Part shown: in pieces, positions 1 to 12,382 of the stretch
Position numbering within the stretch: the first letter of the stretch is position 1
Layout: the number at the start of each line of letters is the position of its first letter
NCBI RefSeq assembly: GCF_038025025.1
Contig: NW_027117339.1
Coordinates: 2,542,001-2,606,000, forward strand
Length of the DNA: 64,000 nucleotides
Source of the DNA: Phyllosticta citribraziliensis
Lineage: Eukaryota
Reading direction: 5' to 3'
The notes under the pieces: model-generated
Told to the model about the DNA's origin: nothing
Databases searched by the model: none
Seen by the model: only the letters and a program-made list of their open reading frames with translations
Made by a program: the position numbers and the translations under genes

Positions 1-1656
1 CCGTGGGTTGGCGGAAGCAGGGATGGAATCGGAAACGAAGGCAGTCGAGTCTGTGCCAACCGCACTCATCCTCCTTTTTGCAGACTCGCAGCCCTTGAGA
101 GTTGGTGCGAGTGCAAAAGCCCTCTCGCGTGGTAAAGGTTCTGTTGAGTGTTACGTAGTCGCGCAGCATGACACCCGACTCCTGGTGAGGACAGCCAAAC
201 AAATGACCCGTCTCATGCAGGTGCGCTCCGATGCCAATGTTGGCTGCCTCCCAGGTGGTTCCTGACTGATTGCAGTCGTTGGCGATAAGGCTGGTGTCGG
301 TCTTTGTGCTGTCGGTGAAGGCCGGCACGACCTCTTCCATGCTACCCGGGTAATTTTGGAGCGCGTGGGAGCCAAAAATGGCCAGGGAAACCTCGCCATC
401 TCCACCACCGAGGGCCGCATGTCCGCGCACCACCTGCTGTTCCGGGTCCCAGTGCGTGTCGAGGAACATGCAAGATACGTACTGCTTTTGCGCGGGAGTC
501 GGCTTGAAGTGCTTTTTCACGGCGTCCATGGCGATGCCGAAAAGCGCGCCCTTGTCGGTGGCCGGTTCATGTTGCTGCGCAATGTTCAAGTCGCGCAACT
601 CTGCGACGGTCTTTTCTGACCTAATGATGTGGATCCTGGCTTCGTTGCGAAACTGGCCGGCCATGGTCTCGACGTAGGAAAGCGTGCTCGGCGACCATTC
701 CTCATCGTACCGCCAGCAACGTCGTCCAAAACCGTTGCGATGCATTTGCTCTGCCGTAAAAGCCTGCCACAAATATGCGGCCATGCGGAACTTTCGAACC
801 GCAGTGTCGAGGCCATTGCCTTCGCGCTCAACCCGTTCGGGAACGGCATCATATGTCCCGGGCGAGTCTCTTCCCAGAATGATGGCCAAGTGAAGAGGTG
901 GGACCGAGTTCAGTGGGAGATAAAAGAGTTCGATCCATGAGGAATGGGCTGGTATCGACGAACTTGAACCAGAGATCTTGGGAGACGTAAAGTCCAAGCG
1001 AAGCAAGTTCACACCGGGCTCCAGGACAACCAGGCACTTGAAATGAGAATCCGACACGAACCAGGACGTTGGCGGAAAGCTTTCCTTTTCGCAATGAAGG
1101 GTGACATGGCCGTCGAGGGCTTTGGAATCTTGGTCTCCGATGAAGCCGGAAATGAGGACGATTTTTTGATGGACCTGAGGAATCAGTCAACAGATGCGAC
1201 GGCTTTGGCAGACGAGCTAGTTACTTTGGCTCTGTTCTCGATCGAGGTGATTCTCGGGGCAAAAGGCGACGTTGGCTGGTATCTCGGCGGCAGAGGCGGA
1301 GGAGACGTCATGCCGTTGCCTCCCTGTATAAATGTCTTTAGTTGGAGGAGCTGGTTTGTGGCGCATCGAGTACTCACGTAGGAACTGTTGCGATGGCCGT
1401 TTGTGGTAATGGGTCTGACAGGAAGCGGCGGGACGGGAGTTGGACCGCCATTTACAAGCTTGGAGGAGGTAAACGAGTTCTCCGAAGGTAGCGAAGGGGG
1501 TGGCGTAGATTGCTGCTGATAAACGGAACTAAGGGTCGAGGACGATTTGCTCGTGGGGATTGAAGTGCCCGAGCCATTGTGGTCGTGAGAAGATCGGTCG
1601 CTCGAACGAAAGCTCCTAACAGACCTCCGGCGGAAGTCCTTGAGAAACGAAGGCAT
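1..1656 (-). CDS. Putative zinc metallopeptidase (fungal YIL108W-like family), 3' end runs off the window
   Basis: ATG at 1656 (MPSFLKDFRRRS). GT-AG introns at 1324-1377 and 1175-1224. The long exon reads ...AANIGIGAHLHETGHLFGCPHQESG..., an HExxH zinc motif near 190-240. Confidence 0.85.
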
Positions 1657-1793
1657 GGTGACAGCGGACGCCAAGGTGTTAGCGTTGCGGAGCGTTGCGC
1701 TGCTGCAACAGGGATGGCCAGGCGGAGTTTGGCAAAGCTGGTGTATTCAAACGGTTGTGTGGGTTTGAGCGAGCGAGTGTTCTGGTTTGAGAA

Positions 1794-1820
1794 GAGGAGG
1801 AGGAGGAGGAGGAGGAGGAG
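1794..1820. repeat. (GAG)n microsatellite in the 5' leader of the peptidase gene
   Basis: About 9 tandem GAG units followed by a GA-rich tract. Confidence 0.9.
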
Positions 1821-2770
1821 AGGTGAGGAGAAGAAGGAGAAGGCGGAGAGGGAGACGGGAGACGGGGTGACGGGGTGACGCGAATGCGCTCTCGCTGATA
1901 AGATGAGGTACGAGGCCGCGCTCAGCGAACGACAAAGGCCAGCATGCAGACAGATGGGGAGAAGAAGAGTGAAGAGGTTGAGGAGGGAAAAGAGAGCGAA
2001 AGTCAAAAGTTGGACAAGGCAAGGCAGGTAGACAGCGCTGAGGGAACCGATTACGAGCCAGGACATTGATGCATCTGGGCGGTGATCTACAGAGGTGCAT
2101 TACTAGGACGACGACGACCAGCGGCCCGCAATCCACAGCGATGGGGGCAGTCTTTGCTCTGCCAACATTGCGCGGCTGTCAAGGCCTGTAGCGCATCGTG
2201 TCAATTTGGCATTTGATTGACGGCGACGGCCTGAAGCTCGAGAGTCGAGAGTTGCAGCACAGCACAGCGGCCCTGAAACGCCGCCCGTTTTGCGCCCGCA
2301 ACTTCAACTTGCTTGGTTCCGTTGGATCCAGTGACGAATGACGACCCAATCCATGTCCCCTGTCCCCCGCCGAGTCAGCGCTGCCCGGCCCGTGCTACCC
2401 CGACGGAACATTACCGTACCCTACCGCTGACACACAATTCGAGTGGCTGGCTCGTTACCAGTCCGCTCCGCGCCTTTGCTGTTTACGTCCAGTGCAAGCC
2501 CTCGGCCCTCATTTAATGCGTGCGCTTGTTCTCGTGTGCTCGCTCGACAGAGCCTGTGCCTACGTCTGCCCCATCCGTCGGTCGATCTTCACGATTGGAT
2601 CCCGCAAGGCTCTCCGGAATTCATCCAGCTCTGCATAAAATCTCAACTCTCACTCGCTTCAAAGCCGTCAACAAGCCTCGCTCCAAGCCAAGAGAAACCT
2701 GTCCTCGCCCTCAGCCATCCGATTCCTCGTCCCTCACGCTGACCCGCTCCTCGCCTCCGGACACGCCATC

Positions 2771-4002
2771 ATGTCGACCGAGCAGCCAGCTGAGGTTGCA
2801 ACCAAGGTCTTGAGGAGAGCTCAGGTTTCCAAGGTACAATCAGCCTGCCATGCCACCCTCCTCACGACGACTAATCCTCTTCTGCTCGACAGATGACGAG
2901 GGCGCTGCAGAACCGCCTGGCTCTGGCAAACGTCAAGGTCAAGCACGGCTGGGAGAATCTCAACATCGACACCCTCGAGCCCAAGATAGACATTGAGATG
3001 AAGCGAAAGCGCCCCTCGTCGAGCCACGAAAACATGTCAGACAGCTCCTCCACCGTGTCGGACCGCTTCCACCCATTCGCCGCCCTCGACTCGTCGCCCT
3101 TGGCCCCTCCCATCTTCTCCGACCATGTCACAAGTTCCGGCGGCCGCTATGGCTCGCTCAAGAGGATCAAATACCAGCCAGACTCGTACAGGCGTCCCGT
3201 GTCGAGCAACCATGCCAGGACAAAGGTTAGGCCTGCGAGTGCAAGAGCCTCGGGCTCGTCGTGGAAGAGCTCCTACCAGCTGCCAGAGTCGTCCCCGGCT
3301 TATCGCAAGCACGCTCGCTTCTCGTCGAGACACTCCATATCCCATGCCCCAAGCCTGTCGTTTGTCTCTGAAGGCTCCACCATTGCCGACGAGCCCCTCT
3401 CTCCCCTCCTCTCCGAAGACGACGACGCCGACCTCCCCGTCTCGTCCTTCCAGATGGATCCCTCACACCTTCGCTCCTCTCCGCCCCTCCGCAGCCCCCG
3501 GACCCCACCTCCCGGCCTCGCCCGCTCTGCCCGACTTCGCAACGACACCCTGACCACCACTCCCAAGAACAACCGCAATGGCGAGGAGGACGCAAACCTG
3601 CTCATGTTCCTTGCCACCTCGCCCTCCCCTGCCAACCCCAGCAACAAGACTCGTGTCATTGCTCCCTCCACGCCTCCACAAAAGACCACTCCTCTCCCAT
3701 CCTCGATGATGTCCACTCCCGGCGGTGGCCCTTATGGTATGCACACCCCCGGGGCCAACCTGAACTTTGCCGATTTCCTCAACATGACACCGAGCCCTGC
3801 TCAGATTACGGGCAATTGGAACCGCACACCTGTAGGGAGGACACCCCTGGCTGCCCGCGAGGCCAGGAGGCGGCTCAACTTTGACAATCTGCTGCCGCCC
3901 ACGAGCAACAACAGCCCCACGGCTGGGTCGATTGAGCGGACGAGGATGAACAAGGTCGAGGGAGGGCTTGGGATGGAGCTGGGCGGGGAGCTGGTCTCCT
4001 AG
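2771..4002 (+). CDS. Whi5-like G1/S transcriptional repressor family protein
   Basis: Exon 1 is 2771-2833 (MSTEQPAEVATKVLRRAQVSK), intron 2834-2892, then MTRALQNRLALANVKVKHGWENLNIDTLE, a Whi5/GTB-type motif. Many S/T-P sites follow. Confidence 0.75.
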
Positions 4003-7000
4003 GATGGACCTCGAGGTGGGCGAGGTTTATGATTTGATGATTTTTCACGAAAAGACGGCCAAGTGCATGTCGGGCACTTGGGCTCCCCTTTTTCCTTATC
4101 TGCAGGCCCCGACATGGTCGGATTACTTTTTACAAGGTGGTTCCGGTAGTAATTGGCGGACCCTTTTTTCCGCTTGTTTCCGTTACCATGTTCAACAACG
4201 CCCCCATTCAGGATACCACGCGCAACAGAGCAGCGATTCGCTATTGATTTGAAGGAACGAGGAGCAGAGGTAGGTAGCTTAGGTAGCGGTAGATAGGCAC
4301 CCTGGCCAGGATGGCAGGGGCAAGCAAGACGCAACAATGAGCGATTGTCTGGATACTCGGTTTGACAGGATTCTGTGCGACGGCAGCGGTGCAGATGAGA
4401 CAGGCGGGCGCTCCAAAAAGGTGAGGCAACTTGATGATTGTTCCAGGCACAGCCGGACAAATGGAGCCACCAATGACGCAAAGGACAAACAATTGGCCGC
4501 CTCGACCAGAGCATTATTTTGTTCATGGTGCTTCCACAGTGCGAGCCAATGACGGCGCGTCTTTGTATGTAACAGAAAGGGGAGAAAAATTGAGTAGTGG
4601 GCAGATCAGCCACCGGCACCCCGAAACATTCAAGTCTCAGGGTTCACAGCGAGGCAGCAGGTACCTCTTGGTGGCGGGTACACGCTGTGTAACGGCCACG
4701 GGTGGTCTTCGTCGCTGGGTGAACGGGGGAGGGCCAGAAGGACACAAGCAGAAGTTTTTTCTTTTCGGGCTAGATCAACAGCCGGTTTGGCTCGCTGCGG
4801 AGCTCGTGATAGGCTGCCATGGCCGACATAAGATGTGTATAGTGGTGGTACCTACGTCAAGGAGTTATGCCTATGTGGATATTATGACATTGCTGTGTGG
4901 GGGGGAGCGGCGGACGGGCGCTTTTCTTTCCAACCAAGCCACATGGATGCAAGGTCCGGGCCAGCCCACACCCACCCACATTAATCGGGCAATTCTAGAA
5001 TGAATCGAAGGAAGAAAGGACAGAGGGCACAGGCGCGGACAAATGGTGGCTGTGGTGGAGCTGGCATGCGTGCCATGTAAATTCGCATTCCAAGCGTCCA
5101 TCCTCCGCCGTCTGGTCTTCCCTCAGGCGACCGGCACACGACCTGACGCGACCCCGCACGGCCCACGGGCGGCTCCATCATCACCTCAGCGCCTAAACGC
5201 GACCCGGAGCGACGCATTAGCCGCTGAGAAGGCCGTCAGCAGGGCCTCGCCCGCCCGCGACACGCCGACGACGTCGTTGAAAGGCGCTGCGAGCACTATC
5301 GGGCGGCCGGGAGGGCGACGCGGGAATGAGGGCCCGAAACGCGTCAATTCGAGCGACGCGTGCCACGCTTCGCACTTCAGGGAGCTAGAGCCCACGCGTC
5401 AACAGCAATCCCTGCCAGAGCCTTTCCGATCCTTTCTCTCTTGGCGGCCCTCTGATTCGTCCCTTCGCCTCCCCACCCCTGTCCGCTGCCTGCGCTGCCG
5501 TCGATGGATGCCATCATTCGTCGTCGTTGTCTGGGGTATGCGTGTGATGGTCTGGGGTCTGATCTGGTGCCGGCGGCTAACACTGCGCTGGTACCTCCCG
5601 CTCGCCTGCCTGCTCGCTCCCAGGTGCTGGTGGTCTTTCTTCTTCTCTCGTGAGTCTCGGTGGTCGGCCGCGCATCGTCATCGGCCAACTGACTATCGGC
5701 GGGACGGACGACGGGAGTCGAGTCGAGCAGCTCCTCCAATTGACGAATCCGTCGGCCGCGTTGGCCGTTCTCTAGGCGGTGGCGCTCCCGGCTAACCAAA
5801 AGGCGCTGGACTCGCTGGCCTCTCTGTCCGATCGCGTCGATGGCAGCAGCTTGGTTCGGCGAGCGAGCACAATTGCCATGGCCCCCACCAGATGAATAGG
5901 TAGACGGACAACTGACTTGAGTGGTCGTGGCATCATTGTTGGGGCGATTCACGTATCAATCTCCCTTTCCGTCAGTCGCTCTTTCTCTGCCTGCGGTACC
6001 CGCCGTGGCAGCTGCACAATTGGCACTTGTCCATTTGCATCTGTGTGCCAGTCTTCAACAAAGAAAGAACGACCTTTCATCTATCGAATAAGGAAGCAGA
6101 AATCTGGCCAGTAGCGCACAGTCCTCACATCCAATTCGATTTCCACACGGCAGGAGGCCCATTGAACACCCACAACCACAACATCGAAGAGATATATGGA
6201 CGAATTCACTCTCGCTCCGCTATGCATGCCCTCCAAGTAACCTCAGGCGCGTCCACACCACGCTAGAGCGGTGCCAGCCCAGCGTGCCAGCCAAAGACGA
6301 CGGGACGCGCCCGCCCACCGAGAGACGGCACCCGCCCAAAAAAAAGCTCGGGCCGCGCGCTCTCTCTTTGTTGCAAGCCACACGCGTATCATACCATACC
6401 GTACCGTTTTGTACGGCGAATCTTACCGCTGTCGCGAGTAACGGCATGAGTAAGAAAGATGTCAGCGGGCCCACTGAGTCGTGCGCGCGTCATTGGCTTC
6501 ATTCCGTGTGGGGTGCGCTCGCTCCGTTCGTCTCCCTCCCCCTCGTGTCCCACGCTTTGGCTGGAGCGTGCCGTATTTTTAGCGTGCCTTGTTGGTCTCG
6601 GACTTTGGACTGATTCTTTCTCCTGCTCGCCGGTAGGTAGGTACTTATCTCTACAGCAGCCATTTGTGGGCTTTTGCTCTCTTGCTGTTTGCGTGCCGAC
6701 TTGACTGAGGTAGGTACGACAAGAGCAAACGGCTTGCCCTCGACTCCCTCCTTCATCAACGCCAGATAGACAGACAGGCACGCACGACGCAAACGATCCA
6801 CTATCTCTCGCCGTGTCTTGGACCGCCAACTGCAACGATGCAAAAGTGGCGGTGCGGGCTGCCCCCACCTACCCCTGTCGGTGCATCTGCCTTGGTTGCT
6901 TGCTTGCTTGCACACTTGGAGATGGGATGGGGGCCAGCACGAGTGACGTATGCAAGACCTACGCGCAGCAGCAAACACAGCGACCGACTATGCAGCGTCG

Positions 7001-7302
7001 ACGCACCTGCCTGATCCGTCCTGAGGGATAGGTATGTTGGATGCGCCTCATGCTGCTACCGGTGGACTTTTGGGCGCAGGAGTGCAGACAGACATTGATG
7101 GCGGTGGCGTTGGGCGCTTCTTCCCGCGCCGTTACATCCATGGTGGACAGACGGACGGGCGGACGACGCGGGACAAACGGGCCTCGGCAGCGCCACCTGC
7201 CGAGTGAGTTTGAGATGAAGAGCACGGCCTAGGGAGGAAGAGAAAGAGGAGAAGGAGATGAGTGGCTTGCCAACCTTTGTATCGCTGCTGTATTGCTGCT
7301 CT

Positions 7303-7325
7303 TGCTGCTGCTGCTGCTGCTGCTG
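7303..7325. repeat. (TGC)n microsatellite
   Basis: Tandem TGC units in intergenic DNA. Confidence 0.9.
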
Positions 7326-9637
7326 TGCTAGGAACATTTCCTCCTCTGTCTGTTGCCATCTCGCGTGTGTCGATCGCTCCGTCCTCTTCTGCTGCGAAGC
7401 AAGGTCTGCGGGCGTGGAGAGCTTCGGTGTGGTATTTTATGGTGTCGAGATGTGGAGATGATGGTTCCGGCATCGCCAGGTACAGCTCGATTCGGCGCGA
7501 CTCTCGCCCGAACTCGACTCGACTCGACCTCCATCGGTACTTTGTCGAGTGCCGGCGAGCCTGTCCTTCGTGAAGAGAGTATGCTTGGATGGGTGCTTGT
7601 GCTGATTGGTCTGTCTGGCTAGCTATCTCATCCGGAATCCCTGCAAATTTGTTGTCAAACTTTTGTTGGCAGGTACAAAGACACTTGCAGCGATGCGTTC
7701 TTGACGTCCACCCAGCCTCCTTTTACATCTTGCTTCAACTACCACATACTGTGCAGTCCCAGTCAAGCGGGACTGGAATCGCATCTCCAATGATGGACTC
7801 ATGGCGACAAGGAAAACAAGTACAGTAGAAACTCGGCATTCCCGACATCCCCTTCCTTACAAGTATTCGTTGTTGTGGGTAGGCATCTTGCCTCCTGCCT
7901 ACTCCACGCAGCAACCACCCGCAGGCCTGAGCGTCCGAAAGGCAACCTACCTATCGAATCAAACCAATCCAATCCAATCCAATCAAACCCGACGCAACAT
8001 CACCTGGACGCGGGCTGCGCTGCACCATGCCCTGCCCTGCCGCAGCATCCAACGCTCATGCGCCCATCGCCGATTCGACAAAGGCGCATATCATGCTGCT
8101 ACATGAACTTGCGCGTTGCACGTGTGGTTCTTCTTCTTAAACGGCCATCACCATCACAAACGGTTGCTGTTGCTGCTGCGGTGGCTGGGATTTGATGCAT
8201 GCAGAAAACGGTGCCACGTCATGCCAGGCATTTGGCTTTGTTGGGCGCGTGGAGAAGAAGGCGATAGTGATGGTGTTGGAAAAGATGGAATGCGCTCCGC
8301 TCAGCCAGCCACCTACTTCTCGCATTGTTCTTCAGCTCCGCCTCTCCACTCGTTTTCCAGCCTCCAGCCGGCGTGCCGCTCGCTCGCATGGCGACAAAAC
8401 CGAGATTTGCTCCTCTTTTGAGTTTGCGTACTCAGTACCCAAGGTATGTACAGTACTCACCCAGGCACACACGCGCAGTCAGGCTTGGCTGGCTGGGCGG
8501 GCTGGCCGACCCGCTTCTCCCGTCCCGTCGCCACCAACTAGCCATGGAGTCCCGTCAGTCAGTCGTGCGGCGTCTGTGACAGGTTGTTACACGGCATGGC
8601 ATTCGAGCAAGGCGTTCCGCCGCTCATCTATCTGCTTGCTTGCTTGCTTGCTTGATGCAAAGCTGATCTGCACTGCCTGCAGCGAGCGGCACTGCATTCG
8701 TATGTATGCAATGTCTTCGCAACGGCGTGGCTGGTTATCAGTCCAAAACCGAGACATTGACAGCTCCCTGACACCGCCGTGTGGGCGCGCACGCGCACGG
8801 ACAAGGTCGACTCGCGATGCTATAAATAGCAGCACACGCTGCGTTGCCGTCACTATCATCGCATCCCGCTCGTCTCGTCTCGTCTCGTCTCAGACCTCCC
8901 AGCTCGATTCGCGCAAACAGCAGCCCAACCTGCGGCTGCGCCGAGTGTTTGCGTTTGGCATGTCTCGGCTACGACCGCTGCCGTTGGGCTTGGCTTTGCA
9001 TGTATCCGCTTTATTTCTTTCTCTCTTTCCCGTTTCGGCTTTCCTTCGTCCAGCTAGGTGCGTGATCGAGCGCTGCCTAAACGAACGCGTCTATCGGCCA
9101 TGTTCAGAACAGTGTAATCGTCTTCGATTTCTCTGAGAGAATTTGAGTCGGTAAGTGAGTGTGGTTCGGTTGGCCGATGTACGCATTCTGTCAACACTTC
9201 AACAACACCAACACGTCTATCAAGCCCTTGAAGCAAACAAACATCACTGAAAGCAGAGACGACCATGCCTCTGGACTGACCAAAACTGCTTGCTGGCGAT
9301 GCTGCCCTTGATCCTGGGTGTTCTCTTTTCACATGTCTCTTCTCTTTTCACTCATCTTGCTTTCCTGTAGCATTCAACCCTACCCCTACTCAAGAAAGAA
9401 AAAGGCTCACCAAACACATCCATCGGCGCAAGCCCCCGGGCCCTCAACTCACTTACACGTCACGCTCATTTCGCTCTTCATTCGTCGTCCTAGTCTTTCC
9501 ACAGCGCGTCTATCACGCACGAAAAAGCCAGTCGCGCATCTGTCTTGCGCTTGTTTGCGCGGGCATGGGTGTGCCATTCGACGGTTCACCTCGCTTCCAG
9601 CCCGGCGGGTTCTGGTCTTGCTTGCTGGCTGTCATGT

Positions 9638-9786
9638 CAGTACAGTTGTTGCTTCGAGCTTATTTTGACCTGCAAGCAGGCGCTTGCTGCGCCGTGATGA
9701 TTCATAGATTGGACGATGCGCAAGTTGTTGCGCGCATGTGAAGAATAATCTTGGAGGGTAAGGGGGAGAGAGGAGGTCTGTATAAG
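9638..9786 (+). promoter_or_regulatory. Promoter of SMP-like gene 1 (motif blocks shared with the paralog, plus TATA)
   Basis: CAGTAC 9638, AGCTTATT 9657, TGATGATTCA 9695, GCATGTGAAGA 9734, TATAAG 9781. The same order occurs upstream of the paralog. Confidence 0.6.
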
Positions 9787-9910
9787 ATGGGCGTGTTGTC
9801 GCCTTCTCATACTCCCCCAAGCAATTCTTGTCTGAAACCCGTCCACAAAAATCCTCGACGCCTTGGAACAATCAATCAATCCATCAATCAATACCCCTCC
9901 CATAATAAAT

Positions 9911-10155
9911 ATGCCCGACAAAATGACAAAAGAAGATTCCCAGCGAATCATGTCAACTCAAGTAAGTATCCCAATGCCTTTGCACGCGGCCTCGGACCAC
10001 ACGCCCTGACAGTACAGGCCACGGGTGGAAAGGACACCGGGACCGGAAGTTTCTACTCTCGCGCACAGGGCGCGGCCGATACAAATGAAAACGCCAAAAC
10101 CGGCGGGCGGTCTGGCCAGAACAACAACAGCGGCGGCGGCGGCGTCAAGAAGTGA
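9911..10155 (+). CDS. Small Gly-rich hydrophilic SMP (seed maturation protein)-like microprotein, 62 aa
   Basis: MPDKMTKEDSQRIMSTQ, intron 9962-10017 (gtaagt...ctgac...cag), then ATGGKDTGTGSFYSRAQGAADTNEN...KK*. Pattern RIxSxQ...F..RAQ.A. Confidence 0.8.
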
Positions 10156-10740
10156 ACAACGACACTGATCGGTAGCACCCAAGGATCCCAACTCCGCTCG
10201 AAATGATTGATCGCCTTGTTTGCTTTATTCAGCCAGACACTTTCCTTGAGATCCTTGGGTGCTACCTAGCACCTGTTGCTACTGTCCTTCCTGAGCCAAT
10301 CCGAAGAGAGTGTTGGAGAGCGGTCGTTGTTGTTGTTGCTAGATGTAGCAATGCCACTCGTTTGAACAAATTGCTGTGAACCTTGCTCCATCGTGTCTGC
10401 TTGATGAACTCTCAACGTGGATAGGAAGTTGCTCTGAGGTGACTCCGAGGCAAACGCGAGAATGACTTGACAACGACCCACCCGCCGCTGTTCACGTCGC
10501 CAGACGCAACAACAAGAGCAGCCGCCTCGTCTCGACCTACTGAGGTAGGGGTTTTAAGAAGTTCTCACTCCATCCTTTCCGCTCGTCTTGTTTTCCCACA
10601 GCTCTACGTCTTTCCGCAAGAAGCTCACCAAGCACGTTCAGCGGTGCAAGCCGCCGGGACATCAATGACGGCAGCACACCGCCGCTGCTGCTCCGCCATT
10701 TGTCGCCTTCCTCGCTTCCAGAGCTGCGGTCCTTTGCCTG

Positions 10741-10885
10741 CAGTACGTCTGTTCTTGTCAAGCTTATTCTGCCGTGCGTTTCTTTCTTGTTGATGATTCA
10801 TTAGACTGCAAGACGCGCACTGCTTGCATGTGAAGAGTCACTTTGGCGAGAACGAGAGATGGAGAGAGACGAGGGAAGGTATAAA
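10741..10885 (+). promoter_or_regulatory. Promoter of SMP-like gene 2
   Basis: CAGTAC 10741, AGCTTATT 10761, TGATGATTCA 10791, GCATGTGAAGA 10826, TATAAA 10880. Confidence 0.6.
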
Positions 10886-11022
10886 GTCGGCTTGTCCTTG
10901 CCATCCTTCTTTCAGTCCTCGGGCGATTCCTCTCCTCGAAAGGACCATCGAAACTACACACCTGCTCAAACAACTTACATCCACGACTTACACTCAACGA
11001 CCGACCGACCAATCAATAAATC

Positions 11023-11253
11023 ATGTCCAAGCAAATGACCGGATCCGATGCCTCCCGCATTCAGTCCTCTCAGGTGAGCCGCCACCCACTGCATCCACCA
11101 ATCCACCAAATACTTCTTCCTAACCGAGCACAGGCTAAAGGAGGCGGCAACATGTCGTCCAGCGGCTTCGCCGCCCGTGCGCAGTCCGCCGCTGCTCACA
11201 ACGCCAACAGCGGCGGTGGAAAGGGTGGTACCACCGGCGGAGGGAAAAAGTAG
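11023..11253 (+). CDS. Small Gly-rich SMP-like microprotein, 56 aa (paralog of 9911-10155)
   Basis: MSKQMTGSDASRIQSSQ, intron 11074-11133 (gtgagc...ctaac...cag), then AKGGGNMSSSGFAARAQSAAAHNANSGGG...KK*. Confidence 0.85.
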   Translation: MSKQMTGSDASRIQSSQVSRHPLHPPIHQILLPNRAQAKGGGNMSSSGFAARAQSAAAHNANSGGGKGGTTGGGKK

Positions 11254-12382
11254 AGGCAGCCGGCTGCTCAACTCGAGACGCGAGCAAGCCTGATCACCTT
11301 GCTCGAACCACCTCTGGTCGACCGGCTAGGCTCCTCCATTTTGGGAGGGTCACTCTGTCCTCTTCTTTATCGTCCTTGCTGAAGCACACACGCTCGTTTT
11401 TGGTCTGCTTGAACAATGCGGATTGATGCGTACGGTTGGGATATTGTTGCTAGCAACATCACGCTCTTTTGAACTATGCTCGTGTCTTGCGGTCTGCGTG
11501 AGTGTGATTGCAGTCTTGGTGGTACTCCGGCTCATGTCTCGTGCTTCGCGTCCTGGTTGTGGCGTGTCGAGTCGATTTGCACGCGCACAGTGTTTGTCAT
11601 TTGATCACGGTTGGCTCCTTCTTTTGCTTCGGAATGGGGGCATTCGGATAATTGCAAGACGGCCAGCTGCAGGCGCCGCGGCCTAAAGGAGTCAGGTTAT
11701 CAGTAATTGCTTGTGCAGGGGGTGTCCAGAAAAGTGCGGCCACCGCATCCGTTTTTGCTCGCTCATAGAGATGGTCATTCATAGTGTGGGTTTGGCCCAG
11801 ATCCAATGAGAGGAAGACGTGAAACGTAAACTGAACAAGGGTCTATGTCCGCCCATTTCCTGGTAGGTGAGTTATGTCCAAACACCTTTCTGCTCCTCCG
11901 CGGCTTCGCATGGCCCCCGCAAAACTACCACGTAGAGCGTGGAACGCACTTGACAGCGAAGCCAAGGCATCGCTCCGTCATTCTCCACACAGACCATGCT
12001 CTTCCCTTCTCTACTCATGAAAATCGGCGGATCGAAGAGACAACCATACAGCTCCAACCTACACGCGCAGACAGCAATTGGAAATGTTGATTGACTATGG
12101 ATTGTGAGCATGAATGGCCGTAATGACAAGTCCTCGTTCACTCATTCCCTCACTCACTGACTCTTGATGCTCTCCATCAGCAACAAACCCAAGAAACCAA
12201 AGACCTCTCTCGGAGATAACACCCACGAACCCCCCTATGCACGCGAGAAGCTTGCAAAAATCAAATGTTTTTCCATCCGCTCCGGCAAGCGCACCACTCA
12301 CCCCGCTTCATGTTGAGTTGCTCCTCGTCTCTTGTCAGTCTTCAACGCTCCACCGAAATCAGCTTCTCCTGACCCATCATTT

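Noticed and set aside
7258..7461. Poly-Cys ORF resembling a metallothionein
   Set aside because: The Cys run is just the (TGC)n microsatellite, which reads poly-Ala or poly-Gln in other frames. There is no other gene signal.
8192..9136. 314-aa ORF
   Set aside because: It is S/R/A/L-rich, runs through microsatellites and a TATA box, and has no motif. Typical spurious ORF in GC-rich DNA.
9694..9781. GTGATGA as a snoRNA box C
   Set aside because: No matching box D or terminal stem. It is better explained as a promoter motif shared with the paralog.
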